From contig CM120646.1 of NCBI GenBank assembly GCA_051362555.1, forward strand, positions 21,390,001 to 21,454,000: a stretch of 64,000 bases of DNA, in the 5' to 3' direction. The first letter of the stretch is position 1. The number at the start of each line of letters is the position of its first letter. The notes beneath the pieces were generated by a model that did no database searches, was not told the DNA's origin, and was given only the letters and a program-made list of their open reading frames with translations. Source of the DNA: Lingula anatina (Eukaryota > Animalia > Brachiopoda). Shown here in pieces: positions 39,224 through 52,300 of the stretch. The translations under genes and the position numbers were made by a program.

Positions 39224-40032
39224 TATTTATTTATTAATTTATTTATATATATATATATTTTTTTTTTTTGAAAGAATAGTTTCACGTGGTGCGGTGAAGT
39301 GAAGCCAAATTCAAATAACCTTGACGTCAAAATTCAAGAGAAAAAAGACTTACCGACTTGGTGAGGATAACGCGTTCAGCAGACGAAGGGTTCTGGTACG
39401 GCGTCGGGTCAACTACATCTAACGTCATATTGACTGGAAGATAGAAAGAAGGGGACCATTTAATCCACTAAAAATCTTAAAATCAAATTAAGCAAAAAGG
39501 TACCATCACTGTTAATGACTTTCGGGTTATACAAACAAAGGCAAATTTGTTACGACACATGATCAATTCTGAACGCAACTTTTCTTACATATTGCAACAT
39601 ATAACATAGGCTTAATCACAACTAAGGCGTCTATGTATCATACCTTAAACTAATACAAAGATATTCAAAGTACTGATAGGTTCTCGACTTTCAAATACGA
39701 CTCTCTTACCTCTGTACGTCGTGTCTCTGTCACATCTGAAGCCGTTTCCATGGTAACCCGAGTTACAAGTACAGGTGTAGCTGCCGACAGTATTGGCGCA
39801 CGCAGCATTGCTGTCGCAATCGCCGTTGTTCCGCAGACATTCGTCGATATCTGTTCAATGGAAAACGATATATTATCTGGGTTTTCATACAGCATTTTCT
39901 AAAAAATCAACTTAAAAGCGTGTACCAAATAAAAGGAAATGGAACACATTATAAAAACTGAAAATCAAATCCGCATACCATACAGCACCACTTTTGTTTT
40001 TCTTAATGTTTCTGAAACTTGGAAGATACCTG

Positions 40033-40082
<50 letters not shown>

Positions 40083-40339
40083 CTGTTACACTCCCTATGA
40101 CCAAGTCAGGTGTTCTGAGAAGCGTAAATGTCGCTGTCCCAGTCCCTGGGTCCACAAGCCTGTTGTTGGCCGCCTGGACTCCATTGAGAATGTACAGTGA
40201 AAGGTTGGTCTCCGTCTCATTCTCTGGCGCCGTGGTGTTCAGCTGCACGGTGTGGTAAACAACGACACTACCGTTCCTGAAATGCGTGTACCCAAGTGAG
40301 ATATTTATAGGGAAGATTTGCTGTGTTTTTGACACACTC

Positions 40340-40379
<40 letters not shown>

Positions 40380-43300
40380 GAAACTTGACTGAAAGACTGA
40401 CTGACTGACTTACTCTATCGACGTTATGTCAATACGGTAGAAGCCTGGGTAGCTCCTGTAGAACTCTTCGAGCTGAAAACAAATATATATAATCTTTTAA
40501 CGACTGTGTATAACTCATTGAGACGTAAGCCTACTATAAAACCATAAGTGTAAATCTGCAAATTACTAGCACAAAAGGTTTAATTTTATAATGTTACATA
40601 AACTGATAATAAAGCTGATAAAAAGTGCAATAACGAAGGCCATCGGCAACGCTTACATGTATTAAATCTGTAGATACCTTTTCAAGATACTTACGGTTCT
40701 CAGCAGTATTTGATAGTCGGCAGATCCGGGTTGGTATTTAGTTGACGAATAGACTTCGTCGAAGACCATTTTTACTGCAATGGGATACAAACGTACCTTA
40801 CATATTTTATATCATATTATCTAAATTATCAGGGGCAGACGTAGGCATTTTAAACGCAGAATTATAGGTCAACAATTTTAGCTGTGCATCCTTATTCCCC
40901 TTATACTTCGAAGAACATTGAATAACATAAAGATTCTAGACTACATGACAACAACAACAACAACAACAACAATAATAATAATAATTATTATTATTATATG
41001 TTTAGAAGTATCTGAACAATTACTACGGCTATGCACTGACTTTTAAAATACCACTTTGGTCTTAAATGATTTTTACATCCCTTACCTTTGATGCCTTGTA
41101 AGGCTTTGCAATCCGTTCCATTTCCAATAAACGCACTCTTACAAGCACAGGTGTAACTTCCAACAGTGTTGGTACAGTCAGCGTTAGGACTACAGTCATT
41201 GGTCGTGGTGCACTCATCAATGTCCGAGCACGTCTGACCATTGCCAGAGAATCCAGGATTGCACGTGCACGTGTATGAACCAATGGTGTCCCTACACGTG
41301 GCGTTCGTATGGCAAGGCGTCGTCAAGCATTCGTCGACATTGGCGCATGTTTGGCCGTCACCGCTGTAGCCTTGGTTACATGCGCACGTGTAGGAACCAA
41401 ATGTGTTTGTACACTGGGCATTGGAAGCACAATTGTTGGTTGTGTCACATTCGTTAATATCTGTAAAAACATGACATCAAGCATGAAAACAGCACATTTA
41501 AGATGGTGATATTGATATGTAGTGGAATCTGCTAAATCTGTGTATGTTTGGAACCTTCAAACAACAAAATAGTACTACTACTACTACTACTACTACTACT
41601 ACAGTGTACGCAGTACATGCATATAAGATGAACAAGAAGGAATCCAATCCTCTTAGTTATTAAAAAAATCGTTCGTTTAACATACTTCCGAAAGGCAACA
41701 TATTCAGAACTATGTGTTCTGTAACAGGTTTCACGTATCCAGCTGAACGGCACTATATTCATAAGGTTCTGTTAAAAGTGTGCAAGTTTCGGAAAGACAG
41801 GACCCAAAAGGCAGTACGCGAGATGGACACACTGGCTACTGTATACTGACCGTTACAAGTCCTCTGGTCACTCTGTTCCAGCAGGAACCCGCTATTACAA
41901 CTACACGTGTAGCTACCGTCGTTGTTGTTACATGTGCTGGTGTTACTGTTACAGTCATCCAGGTTCTGGGCACATTCATCAATGTCTAAGTATAGAGAAA
42001 AGCAATAGATATGAAATAATGCACCTTATTTAACCATACATAGCTGTTGCAAGAAAATACTGCAAAAAAGCCATTATTATTATTATAATGAACAATACGT
42101 TTGGCCTCCGTAACTGTAGGTGGAATAAATGACATGAAATATCGATTCACGATAGTAAAACACACTCACCTATACAGGTCTCATTGCCTTGTAGCTGGTA
42201 GCCACTGCGGCAGAAACACACGGGTGGACTCGCCGTGGCATTACACAAACCCTGGTTACAGTTCAGCCCGGCATCAATACAAACTTGGAGGGAAGCATTC
42301 GCCACTGGAAATGTAGGATAGCAGATGTAGTGAGTGATTGTGTATGCTGATTCCAAACACAGATAAAAAGGAGAAAAGAAAGTTCTATCTAGCTAATCTG
42401 TTCGTCTAATCTGTCGAATATGTTTGCAGGATTCTTCCGTTTGACGTTCTGGTGAATACCGGACACCTAAGCAAATGAACTTTCCCAACTCCTTGTCTTT
42501 TCGAGCAAAGAAAATATTAATAATATTACCGAAGTGCAATTTCAATCTCACCTTTGTTACATGTGTATCCATTGAGAGCCAACTGGTAATCCGAGTTGAA
42601 GCAAGAACACCTGAAACTTCCAACAGTGTTGGAACATACGTGGTCACAGTTGTCCGTCTGAAGGAGACACTCGTCTACGTCTGTGAAAGGAAAATGTGTG
42701 TTCATTTCAGTGGAAAAAAAAACTTAAATACAAATTGTTCTAAAATGTATCGATTTGCTCCTACAGAGATTAAACATTTGATGAAATTTCCGCACGATGA
42801 GATTTTCTCTACTTTGTAGAATTTATCGATGCAAGACATATCCGTGTTAATTGTTGCGTAACCACAATATAACAAAAGACACCAGCACTACCAAACATTC
42901 ACAAGGATTCAGGCAAGCCCTTGCTTTTTGCTTCAGAAAATGTCCAAAAGTACAAATCGGCATATTTTGCCGAAATACTCAAACTAACGAAACTTTTAGG
43001 ATAAAAAAATGCATCTTTAAAGAAAGCATTTTTTGTTTGATATAGATATTGATATTGATATTGCATAGATTGGCATGTTAACAGCGAGACGCTCAGGCAT
43101 GAATTTGTGTCATTGGAGAGGAATGCTGCCAGTACTTACCTGTGCAGTGTGTGGAGTTGGTCAAGGTGTACCCGGGGTTACAACCACAGGTGTAGCTGCC
43201 AGGTGAGTTATTACACACCTGTTCACAACCGTCAGTGGCGGCAGCACACTCATTGATATCTATAATAATAATAAAAAAAGTGACATTATTTATCATATTT

Positions 43301-45258
43301 GTCAGCATAATAACATGAAGACCTTGTTGATGTTTCTTATAATATAGTAACAATGTCATTGAAAGTTAAATGTACTTTTTTTTATTAAAGATTCCATAGT
43401 AAGCTTGAAATGATTACTTTTGTAGGAAATCCATAAATTTCAATTGTCAACGTTTTTATAGCAAATAAGGCTTAAGAAACATTGCACAATATATATTTTT
43501 TCTAAACTGAAAGGCAAATGCGGTTATGGGGTAGATATACAAAAGAGATCCATTTATGCAAAACCCAACATCTCGTGAAGCAATGAAACACCAATGGCGT
43601 TTTTATGGCGACCGCTTACCTATGCACACTCCATTACTGTTTTTAGTATATCCCGCTAAACATGTGCAGTCATAAGAGCCCTGTGTGTTGCTGCATTGGG
43701 CATTCACACCACATAAAGTCGCATTCAGGGCACACTCGTCTATGTCGTTGTTACAGTTTTGACCCTCGTATCCAGGGACACAGTCGGTACAGCCGATGAC
43801 GCTGTCACAGCGCGTGGAGCGTGCGCTGCAGTCACAGAGATTGGAACAGCCGGCACCCCAGTGCAAGGAATCGCATGCTAGAAAACGAAAAGAGACAATA
43901 ATTTTCGTATAAATGTTTGAAATGTGCTCTCTGGGACAAATACGTATGATTTCTGCTGCCCGTAACTGTGATAATTGGCTTTTCCCAAATTTTCTGCTTT
44001 ATTCTTGTCATGTTTTAGCTCGATTTTAATATCAAGATGTGGACATTGAAGAAACATTTCGTCCCCTGTTATGTTCACAATACATAATTTGATTTCAATA
44101 TGTTTCATTTATCTATCTTATATCGTTATCATTTTAATTATCTTGGCCATTTTTACAAAACCTTATTCCTACAGAAAATAACTACTTATTTGTACTTCTT
44201 CAAAGGCAATAGCAGTAGAAAAACAATAAACGTTAGTCTGTAGTCATTTCGCATTACCACTTACCGGTGCACGTCCTCATATCAGCCTCAAGCCGGAAAC
44301 CTACTGCGCACGCGCATGTGTAGCTGCCTTGTGTGTTTTCACAGGCAGATGTCGGGCTGCACTGGTTGTCCGTGCTACACTCGTCTATGTCTGGAATAAA
44401 CGAGCCCAGGTATAATTTATCTTATTATTCAAATAATACTCAAAAGGCAATGCCCAATACTCAGAGTAAAATTCAGTGTAACACTACTTATTTTCTTACA
44501 AAATGCCGAGACTTACCATTACATGTGACACCATCACTCAGAAGGTTGTAACCAGGGGGACAGAAGCAAGCCGCGGCGCCATTGTTGTTGTAACAGGAGG
44601 CTGGAGACACACACGAGCTGCGGGCACACACGGCGGCATCTATTAATAAGAATTACTTTTACATGTTGGTATGCAAAGGCCACATAATGAAAAGGTACAT
44701 TGAAAACCGCCAAAATAACTGTGCTGGAACCTACCAAGCCGTGTGTTATTTATTTCATTTCATTTAGCTATTACTACCTCAAGGACGAAAGACGTAAAAA
44801 AAAAGTACGTATACATGCATAAAATTACACACACAATTGACATACCTGTAAGCGTGCACGTCTTGCCGTCACTGTTCAGATTGTACCCAGTTTGGCAGGA
44901 ACAGGTGAAGCTGCCTATGGTATTGGTGCAAATCTGCTCACAGCCATCTGTTCTGGCGGTACACTCGTTTATGTCTGTGGAAATTGATGATTTTGCATAA
45001 AAATCTAGCTAGTTATCAGAAATATTACTAGGAATCACACGCCCTAGATATCTGAGGTATGTAATGCTTACATACTGTACATGCAGCAGTAGGTACGTTA
45101 AGAAAACCAAGCAACTACAACCCTTTTAATTATATGAATGCCCTAATAGTTTGAATTGTTTCCTATAAAGACACGAACAAAAAGGGCTAAAAGAAAAAAA
45201 ACTTAATAAATAAATGAAAAGAAATAAGTTTAAAATAGGTGAGTAACAACTCTCGATC

Positions 45259-45308
<50 letters not shown>

Positions 45309-46320
45309 GCTGAAAAGCACATGGGAAGTGCTGTGCGTACCAGTACACGTCTGCGTGTCGGTGTTCCTGTACCCGGTGTTACACGTGCAAGAGAACGAAC
45401 CGTCCGTGTTGGCACATGTAGAGATGGAGGCATTGCACGTGTTACTGCTGTCGCTTAGGCATTCGTCAATGTCTACAAATAAAAGACGATGTTCAGATAT
45501 GTTTATCTATTTCAAAGAACATTCTTATCGATCAGGTACGTACAGGTATAGGAGTTGCATTTTTTATTATCCAAACCAATGTAAAAAGCATGCGCCATAT
45601 GATACGTTAAACATTCAGCTATCATTCATTCCTATGTTCATTTGGTGAATTAAAGAAAAATGATAAATTTTCACAACTATGAAGAGAATCATGCTTTACC
45701 TTTGCATTTCGAGCCAAGAGTCTCATAGCCAGACGGGCACGTGCAAATGAAGCTCCTGTTTTGGGCGACTTCCTGCGCAGGCGTCAAGTCAGTGCAGTTG
45801 GCCACTGCGGGACATGGGTTGTTGGCGCATCCATCTACTTCCTGTTCGCAGTCATTACCTGATGAGAAGGGATGAAGGGAAAGAGGTGATAAATATGTCG
45901 ATGTAAAGATGCAGTAGTGTGGTTATCCATTTAATGAGTGGAAGAATGGTAATTTAGCAAAATTACACTAAGTGTAAATCGATTTTGCACTCTGGCATTA
46001 CATATCAAGCTTCCAAGAAAGTTTGCAACTTGTTTGTGGACTTAGCACGATGCTGTTGCCATGGCAAATGTCAAGAGAATCTATCGAAAAAAAACCCACT
46101 GAATTTTACAGGCACGCAAGCAGACACACATTGCCACCTACCAGTATATCCCGTGTCACATTCACATTCCACCAACCGGACACTGGCGTCCACTAGCTGT
46201 CCTGCTCGTAGCTGGTTAAACAGACAACTGCCTCTGTTACTGCAGCCAGAGCAAAGGTCAGCTGTCACCGTCCACGTGGTAGAGCCGCCTTTGTTATCAG
46301 TCAATATCAGACTGGAAATT

Positions 46321-46389
<69 letters not shown>

Positions 46390-49300
46390 CTTTATTTTCA
46401 ATGTTCCTTTATTGTTCAACACTGCATGATTCTTAATATTACCAGTTAAACTCAAGTGGCTTTATCACTGCCTATAGCCTTACACGGTATATTTAATATA
46501 TCCACTTCCGGTAACGAAAGACATCCCATACAAATCCCCTAAATATCGTTAGTACATCATTTAAACGCCAGCAGTCATGTATCTATACCCAGACACACTT
46601 TCCGAAAAAAAAAAAATAAATAAATAAAAAAAAACGATGTCAAATAATATTTCTAATAAACCATATGAACATACCCGACAGGCTGTGTGATACTGGTACT
46701 GGTTGGGTTCACGTTCACCTGGACAGATGTCGCTGACAGTGTGGTGATGTTGGAATCGCTGATGCTGTACGCTATTCTTGGAGTAACAGTGTCGCCGCTG
46801 TTTGGGTCAACAAACTCTATAGTATACGAGCCTACTTGGTTGACTGTCAGTTGTATAGGTCCGGCTGGGGCAGATGTGATGTTCGGGCTTCGGTTTTCTG
46901 AAATGACAACGTATTTTACCATTAAGAACGTCCTCGCATTTTAGGCTGTAGAGACTCGCCCGTGTTAGATGCATTTCTACACAATAAGAGAAAATGAATG
47001 GCTTGCAAACTGAGGGTAGGAAGGGGGAACAGGTGGTGTGGTACATGTATCATTTGGCAGCACCGAAAATAAGCTGCGTAGGATGTTAATAAAAGATTGG
47101 TTATTAGCGCTTTGAAAAACCGTTCGAATGATTTTTAGATCAAATCGTTATTTCAAGCCTGCTGACAGTTTCCACCGCGATCGTCAGATGGCACCAAAAA
47201 TTGGAAGACGACAAATCTTTACCTGCTTCTGCACTTGTAGCCTTGCTGGTCTCGTCAAAGACCTTCGTGCTGTTGGCCAGTGCTTCGTTGTCCGTAAGCA
47301 GGAAGTCATAGAGGCATTGGAGGTCGCTTCCACACTTGCTGACTGCTGCTTGGTACTTGGTGTTCCCGTAGATGGCCTGGAGGTCCTCGGAATATGTCGG
47401 GATGAAGCTGGTGTCGGTGTAGTTCACCGTGGAGTATCCGGACGCATAGTAGAATATGGATTCTGCTTGGGAAATGCGCCCTAGAATGACATATGGTGGT
47501 TGAAATTAGAACAACGTTTGAGATGGGTTAAAGAACATTTCAATTTAAAGGTAATGGAATGATGAACACAATGTATTATTTAGAAGTAGTGATGACAAAA
47601 GTAGTTTTTCATCAAAGTTGACTTTAAACGGCCATGGAAATATATATATTTTTTGCATTTTGCATTTTCAATACTTTTTACCCGATTTTCCTAAACTAGC
47701 AAAGTTTCATGTTTACTCACAGGTTTCCCCGAAATAATTGTAGATGTCACTCTCGGTGGCGTTGCTGGCCAGGATGGTCCCGTTCCTAGCCTCCAGGTCA
47801 TTGCTGACATTGCCATCGTAGTTGCCCATCAGACCGGTGGTGTTCGACTGGTACTCATCGGGAACGACCACAGCGAACATGAGAAGTCCTACGCCTTTCG
47901 TCACATTGACCGTGACGCCTTATGAAAAGAAAGGTTTGTCCTTTAATTGATTTCTTTTCTCATCAGTTGTTTGACTCATTATTTAATTACTAATAATCCT
48001 TATGAACAAATAGCAACAATATTCCATGTACTAACAGTGATGCGTGATTTCCAAAAGTTTACTTTCTATATAACCACAAATAAAGCTATCCATTCAAGCT
48101 AATAGGCATTAGTATGTAAGCCTAAAATGTTTCATCGCTGATTTTGGTAATTGACCAATTTTTAAATGAGATATGCTCGCGTACCAATTGAATTCTAACT
48201 GAACCCTATCCAGCCTTACCCGATCCAAAGCTTGCCAGCAGCGTCTTGGTGGTATCATTGTACTCCAGATCGAGGTTGTTGTAGCTGGCACTTCCGGTCT
48301 GCAGCAGTGTAGGGGACACGAGGTCACTCTGGACATACACCGCCATGTCTGTGGGGGATATACGACATGATGATCATACGGAAGCTAAGTAAATGCACGT
48401 TACTCACATCAATTTTCAAAGAGACGTTTTCCTACTAATAAAGTCCCAGCAAACACAGAACGTTTCATAAAGTGGCCACTACGTTACCACAACGTTTTAT
48501 GGTTATATAAGCGATATGGTTACGTTCTGATAACGTTCTGTGTTTGCTGGATATCCAGTTTAAACACGTCACTCCGGGTTTCAGAGGACACTGGCAAACT
48601 GGTATCAAACAAGTGGGCCCCAAGTGTTTTCTAAAACATTAAGATAGAACTGAGATCTATAATATGATGGTTAAACCGTATAATATATTGTCTATTCATT
48701 TAATCCTAGGATGGTTAGGAGAAACTACTAAACAACGCACTACTTTGTCAAATTTATCTTTTTTTTTTTCACGCTGCGTTTTACCTTGTTTATCTTGTGT
48801 CAGCTGTACATGCAGGCGGGAGGAGTCGCCGTCCTTGGCGGCAAAAGCGCTGAATATGGTTGCATTTACAGTAGTGCCTTGACTTGAGGAAACTGGTTCC
48901 AGACGGGTCTTTAAAATAAGATTTAAAACGGTCAATTGTATAATTCTGGCCATATGGTCCTGCAAACACGTTTCATCAAAATTTGCCCCAAAACTTGAAT
49001 CAGTTTCAGTTTCGTTTTATATAGATTTAACGATTAGTGTAACAGAAGGCAGGGACGATAAATCTCAGCGTTACTAAAACAGTTACTAAAACATTGATAC
49101 GCACCTGCATAATAAACGCCCCATTGCCCGCGTTGAGCAGCTGGTATTCACCATGTCCATTGAAGGTATAAGTAACGCCATCTAGTGTCGTGAAATGAGG
49201 GTCACCACGGAACCAAGCTGTGAAGAAGAATAGTAACGTTATGGTTAAATGTATGAGTCAAAACAAATCAATGGTGATATCAGAATGCAATGAAAAATTA

Positions 49301-52300
49301 GTGTACATAGTTGAAATGCAAATTATAGTGTAATAAGATACCTAGTACCATTCTCGACAAAATAAATGAATAGCTATATAAATACATTCTGTGAGAGGGC
49401 GATGAACAAGTATATGACCTTTGTCTTCTTAATGAAAAAATGAGAATTCATGTCTTTAATATAATACTTAGAACACTTACACCAACGTATGGGCCTGTAC
49501 GAAGTACATTTATCATTGGGCCTGTACTGGAAGTAGACTCCACAGTTGTCTGACAGAGCACAGCAGTACTGTTTGGGGAGATAGTCGTTCTCAGTGTAGG
49601 CACGGCTCTGGAACCGCTCGTGGTACAACTGGAAGGAACCGCTGGTGACCGAGTTCTCTGTGGTGATAAGTGACCACGTGCTCAGGTCATAACAACACTC
49701 CTGAAATATGTCAATAATTGTTATGTTACAGGTTCACACATGCATGTTTGACGGTATTTATCCACTTGATGCGATATCGATATCTTTATGCTGCATGGCT
49801 GAATGCAGTTTAAAACATTCTAAACTTCCCTGTATAAATGATATTCGACAATACACAAAAATGCCCTTTCAACATACTCTTTTAAAAACTAATAAGGACT
49901 CAATACCGTACTATGCTTAAATTAAGTACGCCGTTGGCATTTAATTTTCAAATACAGACTACATTTACCTGGCCGGACAGATATCCACGGACAAACCTCG
50001 GCCAGCGGGTAGTGAAGCACCAGACACCGTTGTAAGCTGTAAGTGCAAGACAGAGATATTGGCATGTGTTTCCACAGTTTTCGAAAGAGTACAGCTCTGT
50101 GATAATTTCATTCCGGAAGAACAATCTAAAACCGGCTTGTAATTACCGCACACACGAGTTTTTTTTCTTCAAACAACGTTATTCAAAATAAACAATTAAA
50201 AGCCACATAAAAAACAGGCCGATTAATTAACCCTTATCTTAATGATCAAGCAGTCAAACAAAAATATAAAAACATACCAGGGTCTGTCCGCGATGCATAT
50301 CTATATCTCCTATCCAGTAGCGCCCCCGTCAGTGAGCAAGGACACGCCCGGACACGGCTGCTGAGGGAGGACAGCTGGACACCCAGGGCCGCCTCCGTGG
50401 TCTTCTGCTGGCTGGCCCAGTCCTTGCAGAGGGAGTCGTAGTTAGGGTAGTCCGAGGACACGGAGTGTAGTCTAAACCACCAGACCCCCTGGACACCTGG
50501 AAGGTGAGCGGATGACATGAATTGCAAGCACTTATTATTTTAAGCATTCGTGTTTTTAGATACTTGTCCCATCTTTACTCTATACACGAGGCCAACTGAA
50601 TGAAAACATCAATTCAAGTTCTTGTTGGACAGCAAAAAATGTCATGAATTAGCCAGAGTCAAAACTGTGGACAACTACCTAAAAAACAAAATGTGGTCCT
50701 GATGGTGGGTACCCATCATATAAAAAATCCTTCCTTTTCAATGTAAATCTTTAAAATTATGACATACAAGTACTACACTGTACAAATATACTGGGACATC
50801 CGAATGAGGCAAAAGTGATAAATGTGGCACGCTGACTCACCTGTGTTCCCGACGACGTTATCAGCCGTTGCCATGGCAGCCGTCCCTGATACGTAAGGCT
50901 CAAAGTTATAGCCTGCTCCATCGGTGAACCCCACCCTAGCTGTCTTGAAGATGGAGGACGGAGTTATGGTTATGGCACCAGGCACATAGTTAATGTAGGC
51001 GTAGGAGTGGACGCCGTCGGTGATTAGAACGGCTTGGAACGTCACGTTCTAAAGAGAAAACAGGTTTTTAACAACAACAACAACACCCATAATAATAATA
51101 TTAATGAAGTAATTCAAAATTACATGAAAGGCATCAGTTAACCATTACATATTTTAAACAGAGAAATGTGTACTACTTTTTTTCTTATCAGTGTGGTTGG
51201 TACCTTTGTGGTAGATGGACATTTCAAGACAATGCATTGATGTTGCTATTTAATTATATAGCCTATACTGCATGCCTTTAATCAAAGAACTAATATCAGT
51301 TGAATGAGTCGTTTGTGAACTTCTCTTACCTCCACTCCGGCATACCGGCTGCTGGGGTTGGGAGGGCAGTTCACCCACGTGGCGACCAGCACCCATTTCG
51401 CAGAGAACACATCCGTGCCGGTATAATTCCTTACATCCGCCGTCGCACGGTCTATGGTATATCTGGTATTTAAGTTGGTGTTATAGTCGTTGTAATAGTC
51501 ATACGCCTTGTAGTACACAGCTGACGGGTCTCCGATGGCCTCGATATCGGCCCAGTATGCTGCCACTATGGGTAGTGAAGAGGCGTATGTTGAGGTCAGC
51601 GGGAATGACTTCGGCGTGTAGCTTAGGTATGCGCCATCGAAGGAAATCAGGCCGTTGGTGCTCACCTGAAATGTTCAAATTCATTTATATTACTGGACTA
51701 TATACTTGACTGGAATTTTTATCACTGGGCAATTTTTATCACTGGGCAATATGCATAATACGATACATTATAGACATTATATAACATAATATCACTATCA
51801 TGCATATAGTGCAAACTGTTTGGAGAAAGGGATCACACGCAGACACTGGTATTTTAAACCGCCTCTTCCCTTTGTAGCACAGTAATACTTCAAACACAAA
51901 GTTGCATTTTAGTAAATGTCATAAAGTTTGAACGTTGAATGTCTGTCAAAAAGGAAGAACCCAGTATTATACTTACATAGGCATATTTGTGTGAGTTCTG
52001 TCCCATTATGAAGCCAGTTGTTGCAGTTATGCGCCCGGAAGTTACATCATCCCCGGTGATGGAAGCATCTCCTGTTACCGCACCATAGTTATAGGTCAGA
52101 GAGGAGCGATCAACTGGAACACGGGAGAATATCGGTTTAGTACTAGATAACAAGTCAAGTGTACCTTGTCAGAATACTGTATGTAATCGTTGCATATCGA
52201 CCTAGCAGTAATATGGTTATTGCACTTTACAATTATCCACTTGAATAGTACAGCATGCTTGTTTGCAAAATTAACATTTATAAATATTGTATGATAAATT

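Noticed and set aside
41086-45858. Calling the EGF arrays fibrillin or Notch
   Set aside because: No TB, LNR or ankyrin domains seen; the NIDO-AMOP-vWD, SEA and TM context indicates a mucin-like protein.
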